DNA of 55,723 nt from assembly GCA_964343275.1 (NCBI GenBank), contig CAYFIY010000004.1:1-55723 (forward strand). Reading direction: 5' to 3'. Within the stretch, counting starts at the first letter, position 1; the number at the start of each line of letters is the position of its first letter. The notes under the pieces were generated by a model. That model saw only the letters and a list, made by a program, of their open reading frames with translations, made no database searches and had not been told where the DNA came from. The stretch comes from Candidatus Hadarchaeota archaeon (GTDB taxonomy: Archaea > Hadarchaeota > Hadarchaeia > Hadarchaeales > Hadarchaeaceae). This document shows positions 37,867 through 52,172 of this stretch, one piece after another. The translations under genes and the position numbers were made by a program.

Positions 37867-38406
37867 ATGGTTATAATTGCCGTGAGCGGTCTACATGGCG
37901 CAGGAAAGACCACAGTTACTAAAATTCTTGTGAAAAAGTTCAAGCAGTTGAGATACGTTTGTGCAGGGGATATCTTCAGACAGCTAGTCAAGGAACGCAA
38001 GATGACTTTGAAGGATGGATCAAGGTACGCGGAGCTTCATCCCCACGTTGATCGAATGATAGATCGCCGCATCTCCGACGTCGCTAGGGAAGGGAAGGTG
38101 CTAATCGACGCTCGATTAGCTGGATGGATGGCCAAAAAAGCAGACCTCAAGATACTACTCACCGCGCCCATAAAAATCAGGATCAAGCGCATAGTTCATA
38201 GGGAAGGTAGAAAATATCGTGATGTATATGAGGAAACGATAAAAAGGGAAAAAAGCGAAGCAAAAAGGTTTAAGAAGTTCTATAATATAGATGTGAATAA
38301 TCGTTCTATCTTTGATTTAATCATCAACACCGAACGTTTGACACTATCGGAAACTACGAAAATACTTGTAGCCGCCATTAATGCGGTGAAGAAAAGGAGG
38401 CGCTAA
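37867..38406 (+). CDS. cmk: Cytidylate kinase
   Basis: SGLHGAGKTT P-loop, AG.IFR, D.RLAGW, RE.SE..R...Y.ID. Confidence 0.93.
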   Translation: MVIIAVSGLHGAGKTTVTKILVKKFKQLRYVCAGDIFRQLVKERKMTLKDGSRYAELHPHVDRMIDRRISDVAREGKVLIDARLAGWMAKKADLKILLTAPIKIRIKRIVHREGRKYRDVYEETIKREKSEAKRFKKFYNIDVNNRSIFDLIINTERLTLSETTKILVAAINAVKKRRR

Positions 38407-38407
38407 A

Positions 38408-38641
38408 ATGGTAATGGAGATCGGTCGGGTCTGTGTGAAACTAGCAGGGCACGAAGCTGGTAAACGTTGCTTGATAGTAGATACTCTGGATAACACTTAT
38501 GTTGTCATCAGCGGACCTAGAATCAAGCGGAGACGTTGTAATGTTACGCATCTGGAGCCCACAGATAAAAAACTCGATATACAAAAAGGAGCTTCGGACG
38601 AAGAAGTGAAGAGTGCTCTTGAGGAACCTGTCCCGAGTTAG
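38408..38641 (+). CDS. rpl14e: 50S ribosomal protein L14e
   Basis: EIGRVCVKLAG.EAG, KRRRCN..HLEP. Confidence 0.95.
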   Translation: MVMEIGRVCVKLAGHEAGKRCLIVDTLDNTYVVISGPRIKRRRCNVTHLEPTDKKLDIQKGASDEEVKSALEEPVPS

Positions 38642-38650
38642 GTGTGAAAA

Positions 38651-39634
38651 TTGGCGAAGTTGCCTGCTGATATCAAGCGCGAAAAGCTAACAAGGGCCCA
38701 TGATGTAACCGACCTCGAATATGGTTGTGATCCGTCCAAGCGGTCAATTAAGGAACACATTAGATTGGGGATAATAAACCTCGATAAACCTTCAGGTCCC
38801 ACTTCTCATGAGGTAGTTGCTTGGATGAAGTTGTTGTTAAACCTTCGTCGTGCGGGGCATGGAGGGACATTGGATCCAGGGGTCAGTGGCGTACTACCTA
38901 TAGCCTTGGAGGACGCAACCAAGGTGACCCAAACCCAGCTTCTATCGGGTAAGGAGTATGTGTGTGCGATGCATCTGCATGGCGAGGTACCTCAACACAA
39001 GCTAGAACAAGTTATGCGAGAATTTGTGGGCGAGATATTACAGAAGCCACCTTTGCGTGCGGCAGTTAAGAGAGTAATCCGCATGAGAAAGATCTACTAC
39101 ATTGATCCTCTGGATGGAGAGGGTAGGGACGTTCTGATGCGGGTGGGATGCGAGGCCGGGACATACATTCGTAAGCTGACATATGACATGGGTGAGGCTC
39201 TGGGATCTGGCGCTCATATGAGTGAGTTGCGACGTACTCGGACCGGTCCATTCATTGAAAAAACATCGACTAAATTTCAAGATGTTGCCGATGCCTACGA
39301 ATTTTGGCGTGGAGAGGGGGACGAATCCAACCTGCGAGAAGTTATATTACCCGTGGAGGCCGCAGTTCAACACTTGCCTAAGATTGTAGTGCGTGATGGG
39401 GCGGTAGACGCGCTTTGCCACGGGGCAAGCCTTGCTGCACCAGGAGTGCTTACGGTTGAAACCGGCATCTCCACAGAGGACCTTGTTGCGATAATGACTA
39501 TAAAGGGTGAGCTGGTAGGACTGGCACGAGGCATGATGAGTTCCAAAGAAATTTACGAGGCAGAGCATGGAATCGTCTCTAAACCCGAGCGAATCGTGAT
39601 GTCGCCCGGGATTTATCCCCGAAAGTGGAAGTGA
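38651..39634 (+). CDS. cbf5: H/ACA RNA-guided pseudouridine synthase Cbf5
   Basis: DKPSGPTSHEV, GHGGTLDP, Q.PP.R.AVKR, GTYIRKL, C-terminal PUA domain. Confidence 0.96.
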   Translation: MAKLPADIKREKLTRAHDVTDLEYGCDPSKRSIKEHIRLGIINLDKPSGPTSHEVVAWMKLLLNLRRAGHGGTLDPGVSGVLPIALEDATKVTQTQLLSGKEYVCAMHLHGEVPQHKLEQVMREFVGEILQKPPLRAAVKRVIRMRKIYYIDPLDGEGRDVLMRVGCEAGTYIRKLTYDMGEALGSGAHMSELRRTRTGPFIEKTSTKFQDVADAYEFWRGEGDESNLREVILPVEAAVQHLPKIVVRDGAVDALCHGASLAAPGVLTVETGISTEDLVAIMTIKGELVGLARGMMSSKEIYEAEHGIVSKPERIVMSPGIYPRKWK

Positions 39635-39793
39635 ATGTCGAGATTATTGTGAATCAAAGATTAACATTTGTAGTTTTCTGCTCAGTTAAATTAACGAACA
39701 TAATTTTTTCAAATACGAAAATTAAAAAATTGATACGAAGCTTGAAATTTTTATTATGGGGCATTTAAGCTTAAAAATGTAATTTCACTGAGG

Positions 39794-39883
39794 GCCGGGG
39801 TAGCCAAGCCAGGTTTAAGGCGTGCGCCTGGAAAGCGCATGGTCCATTGGGCCGCAGGGGTTCAAATCCCCTCCCCGGCGCCA
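39794..39883 (+). tRNA. tRNA-Ser (anticodon GGA)
   Basis: GCCGGGG/CCCCGGC acceptor, TGCGC-CTGGAAA-GCGCA anticodon arm, long variable arm, TTCAAAT T-loop, encoded CCA. Confidence 0.96.
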
Positions 39884-40065
39884 CAATTCCATTTTTTCTG
39901 GTTACTTTAGTCTTCTGATGATATCGATTGATTTGTTCATTGATTAAACTAATTATGCTCATTCTTCGTCTGCGCTAAATTTTCTTTATTCTGTGAAGTT
40001 GTGTACTATTAGTTAATAATTTTCTTAATTAATTTTTCTTTGATCGAGCGCATGTTAAAATGACA

Positions 40066-40396
40066 TCATTTCGGAGGCAAAAGAGGAGCTAAGTCGACGG
40101 TCCGTTTCACCTACTTCGCTAGTTCTCCGTTCATCTGGTATCCATCGGGGTCGACAAACACGAACCCTCTGAGTGGTTTACCCGTGAAATCCATAGTCCG
40201 CGTATTCTGCTCGGTTAACGCCTTTGCATAATTCTCTGGGTCGATGCGGATGATTAAGCTGTTTTTCACCAAGGCACAACACTTACTGCAGTTTAGCATG
40301 GATGTAATACTACCAAATATTTTCTTTTCAGTTAAGCTTTTCTTTCTCGTCAATATTTTCCGGTTAGGTTAGCAAGTTTTTCGTCGTATACTACAT
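40066..40396 (-). pseudogene. TfoX/Sxy N-terminal-domain family pseudogene
   Basis: YDEKLA, then a frameshift, then RKIL...TEKKIFG...MLN..CC...RIDPE.Y..AL.....MDFTGKPLRGFVFV...LAK*V...LPPK. Internal TAG at 40111-40113 sits where Trp is expected. Confidence 0.8.
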
Positions 40397-40584
40397 AATA
40401 ACCGTTCTATGCATTGGGCAACCATGATGTTAAAATATAGCATTTTTTGTTTAAAGTTAAGCTAAGGATGGCAACTAGTGTCGCCGACGATACTTTGCAT
40501 TGTAGTGGCGTCTAGTGATCGATGATGGTTTTGTTTGGTAAGATTTAATTAAGCAGACTTCAAAATAATCAATTGAAGAGGATT

Positions 40585-41022
40585 ATGAAAATTACTAGCT
40601 CTGTTTTTAAGCATGATGGGAAAATACCGTCAAAGTATACTTGTGACGGTGAAAACATCTCACCTCCACTTCAATTCGTAGATGTTCCAACTGAATCCAA
40701 GATTTTAGCGTTGGTTATGGATGACCCCGATGCACCTATGGGGACGTTTGACCATTGGGTGGTGTGGAACTTATCCCCTGATTTGGAGTCGATCGAGGAA
40801 GGGGAGGAACCAAAGGGAGTACAAGGAACTAATGGTTTTGGAAATATGGGCTATGGTGGTCCATGTCCACCCAGCGGGGAACATAGATATTTCTTCAAGC
40901 TTTACGCGCTGAAAGTCAAGATAGACCTACCAGTGAGTTCGAGAAAGAAGGAATTGGAGAATGCGCTAGAAGGCAACGTGATCGAGCAAGCAACACTGAT
41001 GGGAAGATATAGTAGAAGCTGA
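40585..41022 (+). CDS. YbhB/YbcL (PEBP / Raf kinase inhibitor-like) protein
   Basis: YTCDGENISPPL, DDPDAP..TFDHW, GYGGPCPP, HRYFFKLYAL. Confidence 0.94.
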   Translation: MKITSSVFKHDGKIPSKYTCDGENISPPLQFVDVPTESKILALVMDDPDAPMGTFDHWVVWNLSPDLESIEEGEEPKGVQGTNGFGNMGYGGPCPPSGEHRYFFKLYALKVKIDLPVSSRKKELENALEGNVIEQATLMGRYSRS

Positions 41023-41151
41023 GTACTTGGCAATTCATCTCGAGTCACGGACCTTTTTATCTGAAGCTAGTTCGTAAAAATTTGTCCGCTACCAACGCTT
41101 AATAAGTAGTCGCTTAAGGAGTAATATAGTAAAAGATCTAATGGGGTATTC

Positions 41152-41637
41152 ATGGCCGAGTTCAAGCACATAGTACGAATGGTCGGGAAGGATCTGTTAG
41201 GCGGAAAGAACGTACAGCTGGGGATGTCAGACATCAAAGGTGTTAACATAACATATGCGAGGGCGGTGGCTCACTTAGCCGGGATTGACCCCTTCGCTAA
41301 ACTCGGAAATCTTAGTAAAGAGGATATCGAGCAGATTGAGAAGATACTGAAGAATCCAGCTGAACATGGGTTTCCAGTTTGGATGTTTAACCGGAGAAAA
41401 GACTATGAATCTGGCAGGGATATCCATATTATCGGTGGTGATGTGGCCATTACTCTTCGCTCAGATATCCAGAGAGAACGACGTATACGCAGTCGACGAG
41501 GGATACGACATGAGCTCGGGCTACCAGTGCGCGGGCAGCGAACACGAACTACGGGAAGGAAGGGGCTAGTAATTGGCGTAAAACGTAAAGATATTAGGGT
41601 ACGAGAAGAGGCCGCAAAAGCTTCAAAGGAGAAATGA
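41152..41637 (+). CDS. rps13: 30S ribosomal protein S13
   Basis: [25 protein letters not shown]. Confidence 0.97.
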   Translation: MAEFKHIVRMVGKDLLGGKNVQLGMSDIKGVNITYARAVAHLAGIDPFAKLGNLSKEDIEQIEKILKNPAEHGFPVWMFNRRKDYESGRDIHIIGGDVAITLRSDIQRERRIRSRRGIRHELGLPVRGQRTRTTGRKGLVIGVKRKDIRVREEAAKASKEK

Positions 41638-41674
41638 GAAAACTGTAGAGACGTATTGGCTTTGGTGGTCATTG

Positions 41675-42265
41675 ATGAAACGACAGAGAAAGAAGTATCT
41701 TAGGCCTTCTCACCCTTGGGTAAAGGAGCGCATGGATTCCGAGGGCGGCGTACTCAGACAATTTGGTCTCCAAAGAAAAGAGGAGATATGGCGGGCCGAA
41801 CCCCTTTTGCGAGATTTTAGGAAACAAGCCATAAATTTGTTGGCTGCATCAGGACAGCAAGCTGAGAAAGAGACAAAACAACTTCTAGCTAGGTTGCGAG
41901 GATTGGGTCTCGTTCTGGAAGAAAATACTCTAGACGATATTCTTGGGCTTTCTTTGAACAAACTACTTGACAGAAGGCTTCAAACCGTTGTTCAAAGAAA
42001 AGGGCTAGCCCGAACAATGCGGCAGGCTAGACAGCTTGTCGTTCATGGCCATATCGCGATATCAGGAAGGCGCATTGATGTACCCAGTTACTTGGTACCC
42101 CTAAGCGAAGAGTCTCAGATCTGCTACGCTGGTGACAAAAAATTCGAAGATATTCAACCTGAGGATACTCACGCCATCACGGAACTAAAAGAGGATCTAG
42201 ATACGAAGGCAGAACCCGTTCCTGTGGAAACCGATAAAGAAGTGCCTAAGGAGGGAGTGGAGTGA
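41675..42265 (+). CDS. rps4: 30S ribosomal protein S4
   Basis: [29 protein letters not shown]; acidic C-terminal tail. Confidence 0.96.
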   Translation: MKRQRKKYLRPSHPWVKERMDSEGGVLRQFGLQRKEEIWRAEPLLRDFRKQAINLLAASGQQAEKETKQLLARLRGLGLVLEENTLDDILGLSLNKLLDRRLQTVVQRKGLARTMRQARQLVVHGHIAISGRRIDVPSYLVPLSEESQICYAGDKKFEDIQPEDTHAITELKEDLDTKAEPVPVETDKEVPKEGVE

Positions 42266-42651
42266 CGGATGGAAAGTGGGGCATAGCTCATATCTATTCA
42301 TCTTTCAGTAACACCATGATTCACATTACTGACCTCACGGGAGCCGAGACAGTTTCGAGGTTTTCTGGTGGGATGATAGTAAAGGCTGATAGGGAGGAGT
42401 CTTCGCCTTACGCAGCAATGCAGGCAGCATCGAGGGCGGCAGTAGAGGCCATGGATAAAGGATTTAGCGGCGTGCATATTAAGGTACGTGCACCCGGTGG
42501 TAACGGATCTAAGAGTCCCGGGCCAGGCGCACAGGCGGCGATAAGAGCGCTCGCAAGGGCCGGTCTTAGGATCGGGCGAATAGAGGATGCGACGCCTGTT
42601 CCACATGATGGATGCCGAAAGAAAGGTGGCCGACGTGGCCGTCGTGTTTAA
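42262..42651 (+). CDS. rps11: 30S ribosomal protein S11
   Basis: [37 protein letters not shown]. Confidence 0.97.
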   Translation: MTDGKWGIAHIYSSFSNTMIHITDLTGAETVSRFSGGMIVKADREESSPYAAMQAASRAAVEAMDKGFSGVHIKVRAPGGNGSKSPGPGAQAAIRALARAGLRIGRIEDATPVPHDGCRKKGGRRGRRV

Positions 42652-42759
42652 TTAATTCAGGTCAATTAATTTTTTAGTTCTAATTTTTTTTACATGTGCC
42701 TTGGGTTGTGAGTTAAAAATTGTCACTATGCCGAATAAAATCATGTAGTGAACATTATT

Positions 42760-42773
42760 CGAAAGCTTTAAAA
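42760..42773 (+). promoter_or_regulatory. Putative BRE/TATA promoter of tRNA-Lys and the rpo operon
   Basis: CGAAAG-CTTTAAAA, a good match to the archaeal BRE-TATA consensus, upstream of the tRNA. Confidence 0.5.
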
Positions 42774-42832
42774 GGCATTTGCGTCGACGTTAAATAGCGT
42801 AATGCATAATAAGAAATTCTGACCGCTTTCTG

Positions 42833-42907
42833 GGGCCCGTAGCGCAGTCTGGTTAGCGTACCGGCCTTTTAAGCCGGCAGCCGAGGGTTCAAATCCCTCC
42901 GGGCCCG
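42833..42907 (+). tRNA. tRNA-Lys (anticodon UUU)
   Basis: GGGCCCG/CGGGCCC acceptor, CCGGC-CTTTTAA-GCCGG anticodon arm, GAGGG-TTCAAAT-CCCTC T arm. CCA not encoded (followed by CCT). Confidence 0.95.
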
Positions 42908-42933
42908 CCTGCGAAACGGGTAGAGGAAAATAT

Positions 42934-43173
42934 ATGCCAGAACAAATGAAAGTTAGCCGGCACGTACTGGTGCCAAAACATGAAATACTTTCTAAGAATA
43001 AGGTAGATGAATTACTTAAAAAATATAAAATAACCGTCTACCAGCTCCCCTTGATAGAAAGCTCTGACCCAGCTGCCAAAGAGATAGGAGTAAAATCTGG
43101 CGACGTAGTGAAAATTACTAGGAATAGTCAGACCGCGGGAAAAGCGATCGTCTACAGGTACGCGGGGGAGTAG
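42934..43173 (+). CDS. rpoH: RNA polymerase subunit H (Rpo5)
   Basis: HVLVPKH, QLPLI..SDP, GDVVKITR.S.TAG...YR. Confidence 0.96.
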   Translation: MPEQMKVSRHVLVPKHEILSKNKVDELLKKYKITVYQLPLIESSDPAAKEIGVKSGDVVKITRNSQTAGKAIVYRYAGE

Positions 43174-43181
43174 GTGAGCCG

Positions 43182-46100
43182 ATGCAAGATACTTGGCCAT
43201 TAGTGGAATCTTTTTTCAATGAGAAAGGCATGGTTAGACAGCACTTATATTCTTATAATAATTTTATCGATCGAGGGATTCAACATGTTATAGACGAGAT
43301 AGGCGGGATTGAACTCGACATTGAAGGAATAGATGTGAAGTTTGGCCGTCTTCTACTTGAGCCTTCTTCAATAAAGGAAACAGACGGATCTCGTCCCTCT
43401 GTATTTCCCAGCGAGACAAGGCTGCGGAACCTGAGCTACACTGCTCCGATTAAGCTAGAGATGAGTTTAGTGAAAAGTGGAAACGAACAACCTTCAGAGG
43501 ATGTTTACATTGGGGAACTTCCGGTAATGTTGAAATCGAAAATCTGTAAGCTATCTGAGCTAAATGAAAAACAACTCATAGACGGTGGTGAAGACCCCCT
43601 GGACCCTGGCGGTTACTTCATTGTCAATGGGTCGGAGCGCGTGATTGTCACCCAGGAGGATCTTGCCTCCAATGCGATATTGGTCGAGCGGGACGAACAC
43701 CTCAAAACAGATGTTGCAAAGGTATTCTCCACACATCGAGGTTTCAGATCCTTGGTGGTGGTCGAAAGAAAACGAGGCAGCTTGTTGCGAGTGGCTTTTC
43801 CAGCTGTTCCGGGTCAGGTGTCTCTTGTGGTAATCATGCGGGCCCTCGGGCTTGAGAGCGATAGAGAAATCGTGGGAGCCGTATCCGAGGATCCGGAAGT
43901 CATTAGGGAACTTTTTGAAAACTTACAAGAGGCAATTGACGTTAAGAATCGTGATGATGCTTTGGATATAATAGGAAAAAGGGTGGCCATAGGACAGACC
44001 CAGGATTATAGGCTGCAAAGGGCTCAGGAGGTTCTTGACAAATACCTCTTGCCCCACCTAGGATCTGGTCCAACCGATCGTATCGCCAAGGCCTATTATT
44101 TGGCTAGGATGTCTGAACAGGTTATTGAGCTGTCTCTTAAGCGCAGGGATGTAGATGATAAGGATCACTATGGAAATAAACGACTAAAGCTCGCCGGGGA
44201 TCTGCTCGAAAATGTGTTCAGGTTGGCGTTCCTTAACCTTACTAGGGATATAAAATACCAGCTTGAGCGAGCATTCGCAAGGGGGCGGGATCTAAATTTG
44301 AGGACAGCCGCGCGTGCAGATGTCCTGACAGAGAGGATAAGGCACGCTATAGCTACCGGTAATTGGCCGGGGGGAAGAACTGGCGTCAGTCAGCTACTTG
44401 ACAGGACTAACTACATAGCGGCCATATCCCACTTGAGAAGAGTTGTTTCTCCCTTGAGCAGGAGCCAACCCCACTTTGAAGCGCGAGATTTGCATCCTAC
44501 CCACTGGGGAAAAATATGTCCGTGCGAGACTCCGGAAGGTCCCAACTGTGGGTTAGTCAAGAACTTAGCCCTGATGGCTGAGATTTCTACTGGGATGGTA
44601 GATGATAAGGTGGAGCGCTTAATTTACAAACTGGGCGTAAGTAAAATAACTAGAGGTAGCGAGCGAAAGGGCAAATCGACTGTGTACTTTAACGGTCGAT
44701 TAGTTGGAATAACTGAAAGTGGAGAAAATTTGGCAGATGAACTCAGACGTAACCGACGTCGTGGGGATTTGGAAGATCAAGTCAACATTGTCTACAGAGA
44801 GGACACCGACGAGGTGAGGGTCAACTCAGACGCTGGCAGAGTTCGCAGACCCCTAATTGTGGTGGATCAAGGAAAATCCAGATTGACTCCGGAGATCATA
44901 AAAAAAGTTAGAGATGGGAAGTTGGTTTGGAGCGATTTGATTAAGTCTGGCATCGTAGAGTATCTCGATGCTGAGGAAGAGGAGAATACGATCATCGCAA
45001 TTGACTTGGAAAATATAACTCCAAGTCATACTCATCTTGAGTTAAGCCAAATATCAATGTTAGGGATAAGCGCCGCCTTGGTGCCGTATGCCGAGCATAA
45101 CCAATCGCCCCGCAACACCTATGGTGCGAACATGGCTAAGCAAGCTCTAGGACTTACGACCACGGCTATCCATAAAAGAGTGGATACAAGGGGGCATTTC
45201 TTACACTACCCCCATCTGCCGATCGTCATGACCAAGGTCATGGATATAGTTGGATTTGATAGGAGGCCAGCTGGACAAAACCTCGTGGTCGCAATAGCAT
45301 CTTATGGCGGTTACAACATGGAGGATGCGCTCATAATTAATAGTGCGGCGATCGATCGCGGGTTTGGGCGCACCACCTTTTATAGGATATATGAGGGGGA
45401 AGAGGGGCGCTATCCAGGTGGCCAGGAGGATAAATTCGAAATTCCGAGCGAAGAAATCAGAGGGTATGCAGATGCAAGCCTCTATCGAAACTTGGGCGAG
45501 GAAGGAATAACTGAGGTTGAGTCAGGGATAAAGGGAGAGGATATACTCATAGGACGCACCAGTCCACCCAGGTTTTTGGAGGAGATAGACGAGTTCGGGT
45601 TGGCCGTAGAGCATGGGCGTCGCGAAAGTTCTGTTAGAGTTAGACCTAGTGAACAAGGTGTAATAGATATGGTTCTTGTCTCAACGACTTCTGAGGGCAG
45701 TAAGTTTGCAAAAGTTCGGGCCAGGGATCTCAGAATCCCAGAAATAGGCGACAAGTTGGCGTCTAGACACGGACAAAAAGGAGTAATCGGTGTCATGATG
45801 AACAGTTCTGATATGCCGTTCACCGAGGAAGGTATCACTCCAGATGTCATTATTAACCCGCACGCGATCCCGTCTCGCATGTCCGTTGGGCAGCTACTTG
45901 AGATGATAGCGGGCAAGGTCGCAGCATCAATTGGGGCAAGGGTGGATGGCACGGCTTTTTCTGGGGAGCCGGAAAAAGAGATTCGCAAGAAGCTGAAGTC
46001 TCATGGATTCAAACATTCAGGGAAGGAGGTACTTTATAATGGGATAACTGGCGAGGCTATACCCGTCGATATTTTCATGGGAGTTTGTTATTACCAGAAA

Positions 46101-46484
46101 CTACATCACATGGTAGCCGACAAGATTCATGCTCGGTCAAGGGGGCCAGTACAAGTACTCACCCACCAGCCAACCGAAGGAAGGGCGCGCGAGGGTGGTT
46201 TGCGTTTTGGTGAGATGGAACGCGATTGCTTAATCGGCCATGGCGCGGCGATGTTACTCAATGAACGTCTTTTGGACGCTTCCGACAAGTACACTGGACT
46301 GGTATGTGGTAAGTGTGGTTACTTTGCACTCTATGATAGACGCTCTGATCGGTCTTATTGCCCGCATTGCGATGATGATTCCGAGATATATGGAGTTCAG
46401 ACGTCTTACGCTTTCAAACTTCTAATGGACGAACTCAAATCTTTGGGCATGTCTCCTAGAGTACGGTTGAAGGATAAGGCCTAG
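43182..46484 (+). CDS. rpoB: RNA polymerase subunit B (Rpo2, unsplit)
   Basis: GGYFIVNGSE, ETPEGPNCGLVK, GDKLASRHGQKG, REGGLRFGEMERD, C-terminal Zn site. Confidence 0.98.
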   Translation: MQDTWPLVESFFNEKGMVRQHLYSYNNFIDRGIQHVIDEIGGIELDIEGIDVKFGRLLLEPSSIKETDGSRPSVFPSETRLRNLSYTAPIKLEMSLVKSGNEQPSEDVYIGELPVMLKSKICKLSELNEKQLIDGGEDPLDPGGYFIVNGSERVIVTQEDLASNAILVERDEHLKTDVAKVFSTHRGFRSLVVVERKRGSLLRVAFPAVPGQVSLVVIMRALGLESDREIVGAVSEDPEVIRELFENLQEAIDVKNRDDALDIIGKRVAIGQTQDYRLQRAQEVLDKYLLPHLGSGPTDRIAKAYYLARMSEQVIELSLKRRDVDDKDHYGNKRLKLAGDLLENVFRLAFLNLTRDIKYQLERAFARGRDLNLRTAARADVLTERIRHAIATGNWPGGRTGVSQLLDRTNYIAAISHLRRVVSPLSRSQPHFEARDLHPTHWGKICPCETPEGPNCGLVKNLALMAEISTGMVDDKVERLIYKLGVSKITRGSERKGKSTVYFNGRLVGITESGENLADELRRNRRRGDLEDQVNIVYREDTDEVRVNSDAGRVRRPLIVVDQGKSRLTPEIIKKVRDGKLVWSDLIKSGIVEYLDAEEEENTIIAIDLENITPSHTHLELSQISMLGISAALVPYAEHNQSPRNTYGANMAKQALGLTTTAIHKRVDTRGHFLHYPHLPIVMTKVMDIVGFDRRPAGQNLVVAIASYGGYNMEDALIINSAAIDRGFGRTTFYRIYEGEEGRYPGGQEDKFEIPSEEIRGYADASLYRNLGEEGITEVESGIKGEDILIGRTSPPRFLEEIDEFGLAVEHGRRESSVRVRPSEQGVIDMVLVSTTSEGSKFAKVRARDLRIPEIGDKLASRHGQKGVIGVMMNSSDMPFTEEGITPDVIINPHAIPSRMSVGQLLEMIAGKVAASIGARVDGTAFSGEPEKEIRKKLKSHGFKHSGKEVLYNGITGEAIPVDIFMGVCYYQKLHHMVADKIHARSRGPVQVLTHQPTEGRAREGGLRFGEMERDCLIGHGAAMLLNERLLDASDKYTGLVCGKCGYFALYDRRSDRSYCPHCDDDSEIYGVQTSYAFKLLMDELKSLGMSPRVRLKDKA

Positions 46485-50596
<4,112 letters not shown>

Positions 50597-50600
<4 letters not shown>

Positions 50601-51025
50601 CCATAAAATTTACAGCAGACGACATGCGTTATATAGCAATTTTTGAGGGTCTCACCGGCGCATCAGTGAAAGATTGCATTATCAGCGATGATGGCGGGAC
50701 CGTCACCCTTGTCGTTAATAAAGGCAATTTTGGGATAGCTATCGGACACGAGGGCGTCAAGGTTAAGAAAGCAATAAAGGTGATAGGGAAGGGTATCGAG
50801 ATTGTAGAATACTCCGAAGATCCGGTGGAGTTTTTGAAGAACGCATTTTTTCCTGCAGAGGTTATCGCGGTAAAAATAATCGAAAAAGATGGCAAAAAGG
50901 TGGCTGCGGTTAAAATAGATCCACATGACAAAGGCATAGCGGTGGGAAGACGTGGCAAAAAAGTCCAGGGAGCTAAAAAACTATTGAATCGGCATCACGA
51001 TATCCAAAATATCGTTCTTACGTGA
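50597..51025 (+). CDS. nusA: Archaeal NusA
   Basis: FEGLTGA.VKDC, AIG..G, VEYSED, AVGRRG KH motifs. Confidence 0.95.
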
Positions 51026-51066
51026 TTTATAAAACCAGAGCCGGATATTGATAATAAGTGATATAA

Positions 51067-51504
51067 ATGCCGAAAGCACCAAGGGGAGAATTTGCAGGGC
51101 GTAAGTTACATGTCAGCAGGCAGCGATTCAGGTGGAAAAGCGCTCAGTACCAGCGGCGGGTTCTGATGTTAGACGAAAAATCCAATCCGCTTGGAGGCTC
51201 TCCACAGGGTAAGGGTATCGTGCTGGAAAAAGTCGGTATTGAAGCCAAACAACCTAACTCCGCCATAAGAAAGTGTGTTAGGGTTCAACTCATCAAAAAT
51301 GGCCGCCAAATTACGGCATTCACACCTGGTGACGGTGCCATAGGGTTCATTGACGAGCACGATGAAGTGATGGTAGAGGGCATAGGCGGTGCAAAGGGCG
51401 GATCTTATGGGGACATTCCAGGGGTCAGGTACAAAGTAACCAAGGTAAATGGGATTTCTCTAATAGCGTTGGTCAGTGGTCGTAAGGAAAAACCAACTCG
51501 GTGA
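51067..51504 (+). CDS. rps12: 30S ribosomal protein S12
   Basis: [28 protein letters not shown]. Confidence 0.97.
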   Translation: MPKAPRGEFAGRKLHVSRQRFRWKSAQYQRRVLMLDEKSNPLGGSPQGKGIVLEKVGIEAKQPNSAIRKCVRVQLIKNGRQITAFTPGDGAIGFIDEHDEVMVEGIGGAKGGSYGDIPGVRYKVTKVNGISLIALVSGRKEKPTR

Positions 51505-51505
51505 T

Positions 51506-52114
51506 GTGGTGAAGTTCAAATACTTTGGTGAATGGGATGTCGACGACGTCGAGTTTATGGATGCTGGCATCAGACAGTATATGCGTTTGGATCCTCCGCT
51601 AGTTCTGCACACGGGTGGGAGGCACGCCAGAAAGCAATTTGGAAAGGCCGGAGTACCAATCGTAGAACGCTTGATGAATAAGCTCATGCGGTCTGGTCCA
51701 GGTGCGAGGAAACTTGGTGGCAGAATTATACGTGGTGCTGGGGCAACCGGAAAAAAGCACAAAGCTTACAACATTGTTAATAAGTCCCTCAAGGTAGTTT
51801 CTCAGCGCACCAATAAGAATCCCATACAGGTTTTGGTCGACGCAATTCAGAATTCCGCGCCTCGGGAAGAGACTACTCGGATAAGTTATGGGGGGATTAC
51901 CTATTATATAGCGGTGGATTCCTCGCCGCAGCGAAGGCTGGATATAGCTTTGAAGAATTTGGCAGCCGGAGCTTTTTCGGCCTCATTTTCTGGCAAAAGG
52001 GGTATAGACGAATGTCTCGCCGACGAGCTGGTCATGGCTGCGAGCAACGATACCAAGAGCTTCGCCGTTTCTCGGAAAGAGGAGATGGAGCGAATAGCCA
52101 GGGGAGCAAGGTGA
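51506..52114 (+). CDS. rps7: 30S ribosomal protein S7
   Basis: PIVERL.N.LM, NPIQVL, APREETT, AVDSSPQRR.D, KEE.ER.A. Start GTG 51506 or 51509. Confidence 0.96.
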   Translation: MVKFKYFGEWDVDDVEFMDAGIRQYMRLDPPLVLHTGGRHARKQFGKAGVPIVERLMNKLMRSGPGARKLGGRIIRGAGATGKKHKAYNIVNKSLKVVSQRTNKNPIQVLVDAIQNSAPREETTRISYGGITYYIAVDSSPQRRLDIALKNLAAGAFSASFSGKRGIDECLADELVMAASNDTKSFAVSRKEEMERIARGAR

Positions 52115-52172
52115 GCAAAGCTTATTAAATTGACGATGCAAGGTGAAACAGTTGAAAGGAGGGAAATAGAAA

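Noticed and set aside
13239-39883. Near-identical ends of the two tRNA-Ser genes as attL/attR of a 26-kb integrated element
   Set aside because: Both are complete tRNAs with different anticodons, the enclosed DNA is mostly essential ribosomal genes, and no integrase is present.
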